The notes under the pieces are model-generated. The model made no database searches, was not told the DNA's origin, and saw nothing but the letters and a program-made list of their open reading frames with translations. A stretch of 42,096 nucleotides of DNA from a virus: the IMG/VR virus record IMGVR_UViG_3300045988_168302, positions 1 through 42,096 of that record; one strand, 5' to 3'. Shown here piece by piece: positions 34,438 through 42,096 of this stretch. How positions within the stretch are numbered: the first letter of the stretch is position 1; every line of letters begins with the position of its first letter. The translations under genes were made by a program, and so were the position numbers.

Positions 34438-35409
34438 ATGAAGAAAATATTATTAATTGATATTGATAGCCATAATTTCCCCAATTTATCGCTGATGAAG
34501 TTATCGGCATTTCTTAAACAAAATGATAGTGATATTGATTTCATAAAACTTACAAAAGCTGATAAAACTGCAATACTTAATGGTCAGCCAATGTGGTTTG
34601 ATAATGAATACGACAGTATATATGGTGCTTGTGTTTTTACAGACAATAGAAATGTAGCGATTAAACTTCATGATATGGGCGTGATGATAGGTGGAACAGG
34701 TGTCAGTGATATTGATGATAAAAATATCATTAAAAAATTAGAACCTGAAATAGAACATATATATCCAGATTATAAGCTATACAATAATGAGTTTAAAAAT
34801 ATAGCATATGGTTTTCTTACTCGTGGTTGTCCTCGTAGTTGCCCTTTCTGTATAGTTAGCGGAAAAGAAGGAAATAAATCAATCAAAGTGGCTGATTTAT
34901 ATGAGTTTTATGAAGACCAATCTATTATAAAGTTATTGGATCCAAATATACTTGCGTGTGATGAACATATTAATCTACTAGAACAATTAGTAGATAGTAA
35001 AGCATGGATAGATTTTACACAAGGCTTAGATGCAAGATGTACAAATTTGAGCAATCTAAAACTTATTCAACAAATGAAGATAAAGATGATACATTTTGCA
35101 TGGGATAATCCTAGAACAGAAAAAATGAAAGATTATCTATATTTCATTAGGCAAAACTTAAATTATCGACCAGAAAAAATGAGAGTTTATGTACTCACTA
35201 ATTACTGGAGTAATTTTGATGATGATTTAAACAGGGTTTATTGGCTTAGAGATAATGGATTTGAACCTTACGTAATGATATACGATAAACCAAATGCTCC
35301 AAAGAATGTAAAAAAGTTACAACGATATGTAAATTGTAAATACATTTTTAAAAGTATTGATAGATTTGAAGATTATTATTCAGGTAACTGGAAATACAAA
35401 AAGGAGTGA
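34438..35409 (+). CDS. Radical SAM enzyme, probably of the cobalamin-binding type.
   Basis: GFLTRGCPRSCPFC carries the CxxxCxxC motif in the RGCPxxCxFC form typical of B12-rSAM enzymes. An N-terminal Rossmann-like domain of ~130 aa precedes it. Confidence 0.55.
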   Translation: MKKILLIDIDSHNFPNLSLMKLSAFLKQNDSDIDFIKLTKADKTAILNGQPMWFDNEYDSIYGACVFTDNRNVAIKLHDMGVMIGGTGVSDIDDKNIIKKLEPEIEHIYPDYKLYNNEFKNIAYGFLTRGCPRSCPFCIVSGKEGNKSIKVADLYEFYEDQSIIKLLDPNILACDEHINLLEQLVDSKAWIDFTQGLDARCTNLSNLKLIQQMKIKMIHFAWDNPRTEKMKDYLYFIRQNLNYRPEKMRVYVLTNYWSNFDDDLNRVYWLRDNGFEPYVMIYDKPNAPKNVKKLQRYVNCKYIFKSIDRFEDYYSGNWKYKKE

Positions 35410-35413
35410 TGAA

Positions 35414-35497
35414 ATGGGATATCTTTTGATGTTTATGTTTGGCGGATTTATGGGAGTGTTATTGATGTGCTTAATGCAGGTGAATAAGGAGAAATGA
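35414..35497 (+). CDS. 27-aa hydrophobic microprotein (MGYLLMFMFGGFMGVLLMCLMQVNKEK).
   Basis: Strong RBS aaggagtg 5 nt before ATG. It fills the gap between two genes exactly, with its stop adjacent to the next ATG. Confidence 0.35.
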   Translation: MGYLLMFMFGGFMGVLLMCLMQVNKEK

Positions 35498-35498
35498 A

Positions 35499-35870
35499 AT
35501 GATTGATGATAAACAAATTGGTGAAGATATTATAGAAAAAATGAAAAAGATTATTGCTAGTAATGAAACTGCAATTTTTGTTGTTTATAAAAGTGATGAG
35601 CGACGATTATTACCAACAAAATTTAGGCTTAGCAAAAGAGAGCAGGTAGAGAAAATTGAAGAAGAATATAAAGAATTTTTAAAAGCACACTTAGATTTTT
35701 CAATTTTTAATCGTTCAAAAGAGTTGAAATTTCATGCTGGTGAAGAATGTTGCGATTTGATAGTTAGCTGCTTGACTTATTTGCATACATTTTTTAGTAA
35801 AGAAGAACGAAACAAATTAATTGAGTATGTAAATGAAAAGAATATAAAACGTGGATATTTGGAGAAATGA
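35499..35870 (+). CDS. Hypothetical protein.
   Basis: 123 aa. RBS aaggag. Confidence 0.5.
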   Translation: MIDDKQIGEDIIEKMKKIIASNETAIFVVYKSDERRLLPTKFRLSKREQVEKIEEEYKEFLKAHLDFSIFNRSKELKFHAGEECCDLIVSCLTYLHTFFSKEERNKLIEYVNEKNIKRGYLEK

Positions 35871-36376
35871 AAATGATACAAGAAGCAATAAATAAAACAA
35901 GAGAATATATAAATAATATATCGTCCATTCCTAAACGTAGAAGATATAATATAGCTCTAAACGAAATAATTAAAATACAGAAAGAAAATAAATTAGAAGA
36001 AATAAATAATACATTAGAAGAATTAAATAATGAAATTCTTGAATGTATAAGTAACAATGAAGATGTATTTGAATATATTGATGATTTTATAAAACAGATA
36101 CCTATTTTCTATAAATATTTTGATAAATATAAAATAAACTTTCCAGAAGATATGAAGGTAGTGAATTGTATTCTTGCCTATTATATGTACGCATCAGGCG
36201 AAGATATAAAAGTTAACAAAAATATTATTGGGAAAAAGATATATTTAGTTAATATAGAAAATAAGGTGAAATGGGTTTATGCAGATAGGGAAAAAGCCGA
36301 ATACAAGGCTAGCAAAATAATAAGAGAATATGTGAGTCTAGTACCAACAATTGAAGAATATGAGGTAATAGAATAA
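35867..36376 (+). CDS. Hypothetical protein.
   Basis: 169 aa. ATGA overlap with the upstream gene. Confidence 0.5.
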   Translation: MKMIQEAINKTREYINNISSIPKRRRYNIALNEIIKIQKENKLEEINNTLEELNNEILECISNNEDVFEYIDDFIKQIPIFYKYFDKYKINFPEDMKVVNCILAYYMYASGEDIKVNKNIIGKKIYLVNIENKVKWVYADREKAEYKASKIIREYVSLVPTIEEYEVIE

Positions 36377-36553
36377 TGAATGAATATATTGTAAAAGTGA
36401 GTGTAATCAAAACAAAAGAAAGAAAGGTATTTAAATATACTGTGGTACAAAAAGCAAATAGCATCTTGGAAGCGGAAAAGTTAGTCAAAGAAAAGATGAT
36501 AAAAAAAGAAGGTACAGGGTGCGTATATATTAAAGAGGTGTTGAAGAAATGAA
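36377..36553 (+). CDS. Small ORF of 58 aa.
   Basis: TAATG coupling to the upstream gene. Basic protein. Confidence 0.35.
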
Positions 36554-36965
36554 GATATTAAAAAATATATGGAAAAAAATAAGAAATAAAAAAGAAGATA
36601 AAAAAATAATTGATGAACAATTAAGCGAAATAAAAGATGAAAAGAAAGCGGTGAACGTGATGAGCTGTGAGCATAATTATTATGAAGCTGATATAGGTTA
36701 TATGTGTGATGTAACTAAAACAAAATGTATCTACAAGGATATTCCGCAAGCAAATAAGTGTGATATATACCAGCAATTAAAGCCGACAGTTAATATAAGT
36801 TTATCCGAAGATACAGAAGCTAATAATAAAAGAAAATTTAAGCTTAGATATACGACTTTGAGAAAATGCTTTTATCTACGTATAAAAAGAAAACATTATA
36901 AATTAAAAATAGATGTTAATAGATTGGAAGAAATAATAAATGAACAGATTGCCGACAGAGTTTGA
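36549..36965 (+). CDS. Hypothetical protein containing cysteines.
   Basis: 138 aa. ATGA overlap with the upstream ORF. Confidence 0.5.
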   Translation: MKILKNIWKKIRNKKEDKKIIDEQLSEIKDEKKAVNVMSCEHNYYEADIGYMCDVTKTKCIYKDIPQANKCDIYQQLKPTVNISLSEDTEANNKRKFKLRYTTLRKCFYLRIKRKHYKLKIDVNRLEEIINEQIADRV

Positions 36966-37069
36966 ATATAAAAGATACAGAAAAGAAAAGTATACATTAA
37001 AGCATGCATTGATTACTTGTTTAATGGTAGCAGTATTAGGTGGTGTGTGTTTATTGATGAGGTAATGAA

Positions 37070-37285
37070 ATGAATATAAATTACAATAAGGATAAGACTG
37101 ATGAGATAAGAGAAATCATAAAAAGCAGAATGAATGAAACAGGTATATCAATTAAGAAATTATCTAAAAAAAGCAAGGTCGGATATTTTATATTAAGGCT
37201 TTATATTTTGGGAAAGCAAGATATAAGAGCAGGGGACGCAATGGCTATATTAGATGCATTAAATATCAGATATAAATTTTATTAA
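37070..37285 (+). CDS. Small HTH protein.
   Basis: ISIKKLSKKSKVGYFILRLYILGKQDIRAGDAMAILDAL has an HTH-like pattern. 71 aa. Confidence 0.4.
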   Translation: MNINYNKDKTDEIREIIKSRMNETGISIKKLSKKSKVGYFILRLYILGKQDIRAGDAMAILDALNIRYKFY

Positions 37286-37302
37286 AAAATTTAAAAAAGT
37301 GT

Positions 37303-37392
37303 AAAAAAACTCTTGCTTTTTTTAGTGAGATTTTGGAAATTTAATACAGGTAATGGGAAACCGCTACTAATAACTTAATATTGGTGGCGGTC
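37303..37392 (+). promoter_or_regulatory. Copy 2 of the ~90-bp repeated element, directly upstream of the terS-like gene.
   Basis: Near-identical to 22913..23002, including the hairpin and T-run. Confidence 0.6.
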
Positions 37393-37414
37393 TTTTTATA
37401 TCTAGGAGGTGTTT

Positions 37415-37885
37415 ATGCCAGCAACAAAATCTTTATATAAATATCAATTTTTCGATAAAAATATAAAGATTAAAAATAAGTCTGATAAAAATAAATGGCT
37501 AAATGAATATATATTGTGTGGCTCTGTAACAGACACCTGCAAAAAAAGAAATATATCTCGTACTACCTTCTATGATTGGCTCAAAAATGATGAAGTATTT
37601 AGAAAAGCATATAAAGAAGAAGCTAAACCAATGATTACATCACTACTCGAAGATGAAGCATATAGAAGGGCAGTAGTAGGAGTTAATAAAAGTGTTTTTT
37701 ATAGGGGTACAAAGGTAGCAACAATGAAAGTTTATAGTGATTCACTATTGCAGTTATTGTTGCAAGCTAACTGCCCAGAAAAATATAAGCAAGTTGTAGA
37801 TAGCACTGTTAAGACAGATATAACAGTAAAATCTGAAAACTTAACAGACGCTTTGGCGGAAAGGATAAGAAAAGCAGATGAATGA
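37415..37885 (+). CDS. terS: Terminase small subunit-like protein with an HTH.
   Basis: SRTTFYDWLKNDEVFRKAY is an HTH. It sits immediately upstream of the large terminase and overlaps it. RBS taggagg 5 nt before ATG 37415. Confidence 0.55.
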   Translation: MPATKSLYKYQFFDKNIKIKNKSDKNKWLNEYILCGSVTDTCKKRNISRTTFYDWLKNDEVFRKAYKEEAKPMITSLLEDEAYRRAVVGVNKSVFYRGTKVATMKVYSDSLLQLLLQANCPEKYKQVVDSTVKTDITVKSENLTDALAERIRKADE

Positions 37886-39338
37886 TTTTGAGATAAAAAC
37901 AAAAGATGATTTGAATTCTGCTTTGGATTTTTTGGCACATTTTACAAATGATCCAGTAGGATTTGTAAAAGCAGCGTTTGATTGGGAACATGATCCAACG
38001 CTAGAAGGAAAATCTCCGCAACAATGGCAACTTGATATATTGCAGGATATAAAAGATAACTTACTCACTACACAGACAGCTATAAGAATAGCAGTATCTA
38101 GTGGTCATGGTATCGGTAAATCTGCTTTGGTAGCATGGATAATCTTATGGTCCATAACTACCTATCCAGATAGTAGGGCAGTAGTTACAGCAAATACAGA
38201 TAGCCAGTTAAAATCTAAAACTTGGCCAGAAGTTCAAAAGTGGTTTAATAAATTTATTTTAAAAGATTTATTTATCTGCACGGCTACTACACTTACTACA
38301 AAGGAAATTGCTCATCAGAAAACATGGCAGGCAAATGCTATACCATGGAGCAAAGAAAACTCCGAAGCTTTCGCAGGTCTACACAATCAAGGGAAAAGAA
38401 TTACTCTCATTTTTGATGAAGGCTCAGCGATTGAAGACATTATCTATGAAGTAGCAGAAGGTGCTTTGACAGATAAAGACACACAGATTATCTGGTGTGT
38501 TTTTGGAAATCCTACAAGAAATACAGGAAGGTTTTTTGAATGTTTCCATAAGCATAGAAATCTTTGGAAATGTAGGCAAATAGATAGCCGAACTGTAGAT
38601 ATATCCAATAAAGAACAGCTTCAGCAGTGGGTTGATACCTACGGAGAAGATAGCGACTTTGTCAGAGTCCGTGTACGAGGTGTTTTTCCTAGTGCTAGTG
38701 AATATCAGTTTATACCTAGAAAAATCGTTGATGAAGCAAGTGAAAGAAAAATACTTGAACAGCAAGTATCATTTGCACCTGTGATAATAGGGGTTGATCC
38801 TGCATGGACTGGCGGAGATACAACAGATATTTATTTAAGACAGGGGCTATATTGCAAACTGCTAGGCGAATATCAAAAAAATGATGATGATATGCGAATG
38901 GCTAATATTATAGCTAAGTTTGAAGATGAGTATAAAGCTGATGCCGTAAATATAGATTTTGGCTATGGTACTGGTATCTATAGTGCAGGTCTTAGCATGG
39001 GCAGAAGGTGGAACTTAATCAAGTTTGGTTCTAAAGCGAATAAGAAAGGATTTGCTAATAAACGTGCAGAGATATGGGGAGAAACAAAACAGTGGTTAAT
39101 AGATGGCGGTGCTATCGAAGATGACCAACAGCTAAAAGATGATTTAACGTCCCCAGAATACACGATAAATAATAAAGGCGAAATCTTACTTGAAAGTAAA
39201 GAGTCCATGAAAAAAAGAGGATTGGCTTCACCAAACAGGGCAGACGCATTAGCACTTACATTTGCAATTAATGTTGTCAAGAAAAGCCAAAGAGTAACAA
39301 AATGCAATACAGATTATGATCCATTTGCAGACTTTTAA
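37878..39338 (+). CDS. terL: Terminase large subunit.
   Basis: Walker A motif SSGHGIGKSALV. 486 aa, with an ATPase domain followed by a nuclease domain. Confidence 0.8.
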   Translation: MNDFEIKTKDDLNSALDFLAHFTNDPVGFVKAAFDWEHDPTLEGKSPQQWQLDILQDIKDNLLTTQTAIRIAVSSGHGIGKSALVAWIILWSITTYPDSRAVVTANTDSQLKSKTWPEVQKWFNKFILKDLFICTATTLTTKEIAHQKTWQANAIPWSKENSEAFAGLHNQGKRITLIFDEGSAIEDIIYEVAEGALTDKDTQIIWCVFGNPTRNTGRFFECFHKHRNLWKCRQIDSRTVDISNKEQLQQWVDTYGEDSDFVRVRVRGVFPSASEYQFIPRKIVDEASERKILEQQVSFAPVIIGVDPAWTGGDTTDIYLRQGLYCKLLGEYQKNDDDMRMANIIAKFEDEYKADAVNIDFGYGTGIYSAGLSMGRRWNLIKFGSKANKKGFANKRAEIWGETKQWLIDGGAIEDDQQLKDDLTSPEYTINNKGEILLESKESMKKRGLASPNRADALALTFAINVVKKSQRVTKCNTDYDPFADF

Positions 39339-39369
39339 TCTTTAGAAATTTAGAAAGAAGGTGAATGCT

Positions 39370-39588
39370 ATGTGTACAGGCGGAGGCGGTTCAACTACCG
39401 TACAAAAATCAGATCCATTGCCAACACAGGTAACGGACGTTACAACATCTACTACATCAGCCCAACAACAGGCAAATACTAAACAACGTAAAAAACGTGG
39501 TATTTCTTCAAATTATTTGAGTGCAGATAGAAATACTACGCTAGGAGAATTAGTAAGTAATGCAACAGGCAGACAAACATTAGGGTGA
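39370..39588 (+). CDS. Small hypothetical protein.
   Basis: RBS gaaggtg 6 nt before ATG 39370. Rich in Thr, Ser and Gln. Confidence 0.4.
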   Translation: MCTGGGGSTTVQKSDPLPTQVTDVTTSTTSAQQQANTKQRKKRGISSNYLSADRNTTLGELVSNATGRQTLG

Positions 39589-39592
39589 TAAA

Positions 39593-41338
39593 ATGATAAG
39601 TTTACAATCCATGATGAATACGCTTGTTAATGTAAATGATGTAGCAGTAAGGCTGAATTTAGAGAAAAGAAGATATAAACAAAAAGTAAAACAGCTAGAA
39701 ACTGCACGATATGATTATGAAAAAAGATGGAAAAATATAAGAGATTACCAACTGCCACATATAGGGTATTTTGATGATACGGAAGATAGTACAAACTATG
39801 CTCGCCGTCGTGATACCAAAATTTATAATGGGATAGCATGGGAGTCAAATATAGTTTTTGCATCAGGATTGATGAGTGGACTTACACCACCATCACGTCA
39901 ATGGTTTCGATTGGCATTCTCTAATAGAGAGCTAAGCGATAATTCAGATTTTGGTGCAGTACTAGACCAAAGGCTAGAAATACTAAACAACGTACTAAAT
40001 AAATCAAATTTTTACAACACAATTCATTCTAATTATCTTGAAATCGCTTTTGGTCAGGCTGTTTTGGCTATTTTCCAAGACTCTAAAACAGGTGTACATT
40101 TTGTGCCATATACCATAGGTACGTATTATATCGAGCAAGGCCCAGATAAAAATATAAATACTATCTTGGTAAAAACAAAAATGACAGCACTGCAACTGCA
40201 AGATAAATTCGGCATTGAAGTATTGCCACAGATAATACAAAACAATCTAAAAAATAATCAATCGACAAGCACTAAATATACTGTTAATTGGCTTGTCGAG
40301 CCAAATCGTATGGCAAATGCAAATAAAATTGATAAATTCCATATGCCGTTTATTTCTCTTTATTGGCTTGATGAAGCAGAGGAAAATGAGTGGCTAAGTA
40401 TTGGCGGATTTCAAGAGTTCCCTGCTCCTGTAGCTAGATATCTAGTGAATGGGAATGAAACATATGCTAAAGCTCCTGGCTGGTTTGCTGAAGGAGATAA
40501 CAGGTCATTACAGTTATTAGAAAAAGATGATTTAGTAGCAGTTGAATTGGGAGTAAAACCACCAATGCAAGGAAGTGCTAATGCAACTATGAAAGGTGTA
40601 AATCTCGCTCCAGGTAGTTTCAATGTTACAGAAACAGAAGAAGGGATAAAGCCATTATTTCAAGTCGGTATCAACTTACAGCATTTGCATGAGAAAATAC
40701 AGCAATTAGAGGAAAGAGTAAAGAGAGCCTATAGTGCAGATTTATTCCGTATGCTTGACCAAGCCCAAAATGATAAATCAATGACGGCTAGGGAAGTAAT
40801 AGAAAGAACACAAGAAAAACTGCAACAATTAGGCCCTGTAGTCGAAAGGCTACAATTTGAATTTTTAAGTCCAATAATCGAGCGTGTTTATAACATCTTA
40901 GACCGTGCAGGGATTTTCCCACCAATAGAAGATCCACAAGCACAAGAAATCTTAAGTGGTGAAGAAATAAAAATTGAATATATCTCACCACTCGCACAAG
41001 CCCAAAAAATGAGTGGACTTGTAAATATCGAGCAAGCTTTTGCATTTGTAATGCAATTAGCACAGGGTGATCCAAATGTATTACACAAATTTAATTTTGT
41101 AGAAGCTTTAAATCGTTACTTTGAAATGCTAGGAGCACCATCTACAATTCGCCGAACTGATGATGAATACAATGAGATAATGCAAGGATTGCAACAACAA
41201 GCACAAGCAAAAGAAGCTGAACAAAATGCCATGAATATGATACAGTCTGCTGTTCCTGCCGCACAGGCTGCTAAAAATGCAACCGAAGCTGCAAATGATG
41301 GAAATCCAGCACTACAACAATTTTTAGGAATGGAATAA
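39593..41338 (+). CDS. Head-to-tail connector (portal), T7 gp8-like.
   Basis: LTPPSRQWFRLAFSNRE parallels T7 gp8 LFPMQTWMRLTISEYE. The Q/A-rich C-terminus also matches gp8. 581 aa. Confidence 0.75.
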   Translation: MISLQSMMNTLVNVNDVAVRLNLEKRRYKQKVKQLETARYDYEKRWKNIRDYQLPHIGYFDDTEDSTNYARRRDTKIYNGIAWESNIVFASGLMSGLTPPSRQWFRLAFSNRELSDNSDFGAVLDQRLEILNNVLNKSNFYNTIHSNYLEIAFGQAVLAIFQDSKTGVHFVPYTIGTYYIEQGPDKNINTILVKTKMTALQLQDKFGIEVLPQIIQNNLKNNQSTSTKYTVNWLVEPNRMANANKIDKFHMPFISLYWLDEAEENEWLSIGGFQEFPAPVARYLVNGNETYAKAPGWFAEGDNRSLQLLEKDDLVAVELGVKPPMQGSANATMKGVNLAPGSFNVTETEEGIKPLFQVGINLQHLHEKIQQLEERVKRAYSADLFRMLDQAQNDKSMTAREVIERTQEKLQQLGPVVERLQFEFLSPIIERVYNILDRAGIFPPIEDPQAQEILSGEEIKIEYISPLAQAQKMSGLVNIEQAFAFVMQLAQGDPNVLHKFNFVEALNRYFEMLGAPSTIRRTDDEYNEIMQGLQQQAQAKEAEQNAMNMIQSAVPAAQAAKNATEAANDGNPALQQFLGME

Positions 41339-41341
41339 ACA

Positions 41342-41956
41342 ATGTTTTATGATGAAGAAAAAAAGAAAGATAAAGTTAGCATCGTAGAGCAAAAGCTTTT
41401 GGAATGTGATATAAATGCAATCAATTATCTATTAAAAGAACATCAGGGAAGATATTTTATAGCGTGGCTGTTTAACTACTGCAAGATAAATGCCACGACA
41501 TATAACATATTAAAGCCTAAAATGCTACAAAATGAAGGAAAAAGGCAAATTGCACTTGTGTATTATAGCTCAATAAAAAACTTGGCCATAAAAGATAAAA
41601 AGTTGGCCAGAAATTTTGAGCTAGTAGAACAAGAAAATCAACGTCCACAAAATATCATTGTGTATCTTAGAAACAAGCTATGCGAACAAAGAAAATTAAA
41701 AGAGGCTATGGACTATATACTAAATGATAAAAATGGACGTTGGTTTATAGCAAGATTGTATGAACAATGTCATATAACATTGTGGCCATATAACAATAAA
41801 ATAGACTATCTATATAAATGGGAAGGTGAAAGACAAGTAGCATTTAAAATAAATAAACTCATATCAAAATTTAATCTATTGAGTAAAAAACAGTTGGCCA
41901 TAAATGATTATGAACAATATAAACAATATCTTAAGAATTTAGTAAGAGGGGAATAA
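41342..41956 (+). CDS. Hypothetical protein built from two tandem ~75-aa repeats.
   Basis: NYLLKEHQGRYFIAWLFNYCKI.. and DYILNDKNGRWFIARLYEQCHI.. are internal duplicates. Confidence 0.5.
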   Translation: MFYDEEKKKDKVSIVEQKLLECDINAINYLLKEHQGRYFIAWLFNYCKINATTYNILKPKMLQNEGKRQIALVYYSSIKNLAIKDKKLARNFELVEQENQRPQNIIVYLRNKLCEQRKLKEAMDYILNDKNGRWFIARLYEQCHITLWPYNNKIDYLYKWEGERQVAFKINKLISKFNLLSKKQLAINDYEQYKQYLKNLVRGE

Positions 41957-41960
41957 TAAA

Positions 41961-42096
41961 ATGCAAAACTATATCAGTGTGAAAATGGTAAAAGCTGAAC
42001 CTTGCAAAGCATGGAAAGACTTCAAAGGTCATAAAGAAGGTGATGAAGGATATAAAATTTATTATCCTGATGGTTATGTATCTTGGTGTCCTAAAG
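41961..42096 (+). CDS. 5' part of the wrap-around ORF that continues at 3..659.
   Basis: RBS agagggg. The frame runs open to the window end. It is in frame with 3..659 across the duplicated 54 nt. Confidence 0.5.
   Translation, partial: MQNYISVKMVKAEPCKAWKDFKGHKEGDEGYKIYYPDGYVSWCPK

Overview
The window is a complete, circularly closed genome of about 42.0 kb; positions 1..54 are identical to 42043..42096, an assembly overlap. The phage has low GC content and is almost certainly temperate. Its host is likely a Firmicute, judging by GGAGG-type Shine-Dalgarno sites, a TcdE/UviB-family holin, a BclA-C-like domain and AT-rich codon usage.

The plus-strand morphogenesis block is T7-like in gene content and order:
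- small and large terminase subunits
- a gp8-like head-to-tail connector (portal)
- a scaffold whose two halves sit in different frames
- a gp10-like major capsid protein
- gp11-like and gp12-like tail tube proteins
- internal virion (ejection) proteins, including a peptidoglycan hydrolase with glucosaminidase and CHAP domains and a 2492-aa giant protein
- a gp17-like tail fibre with a beta-helix

No RNA polymerase, DNA polymerase, integrase or tRNA is visible. In their place the genome carries:
- a rolling-circle HUH Rep gene with a candidate CTTG/ATA nick site
- a minus-strand maintenance module: a CI-like XRE repressor with three palindromic operators and divergent sigma70 promoters, a secreted protein and a membrane protein, two tandemly duplicated acidic proteins each with its own promoter and terminator, and ParA plus a ribbon-helix-helix partner

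This is best read as a phage-plasmid. Accessory and unusual content includes:
- an island of Q/N-rich, YjcZ-like and BclA-C-like genes
- an AC-rich segment open in two overlapping frames
- a minus-strand protein with about eight Cys-rich repeats around an AP2 domain
- a cobalamin-type radical SAM gene followed by a 27-aa membrane peptide
- a promoter-driven, terminator-bounded structured noncoding region with higher GC
- a ~90-bp element repeated upstream of the lysozyme-like gene and of the small terminase
- 11-bp-periodic iteron-like repeat arrays
- a family of terminator hairpins that share the loop AGGGCATT
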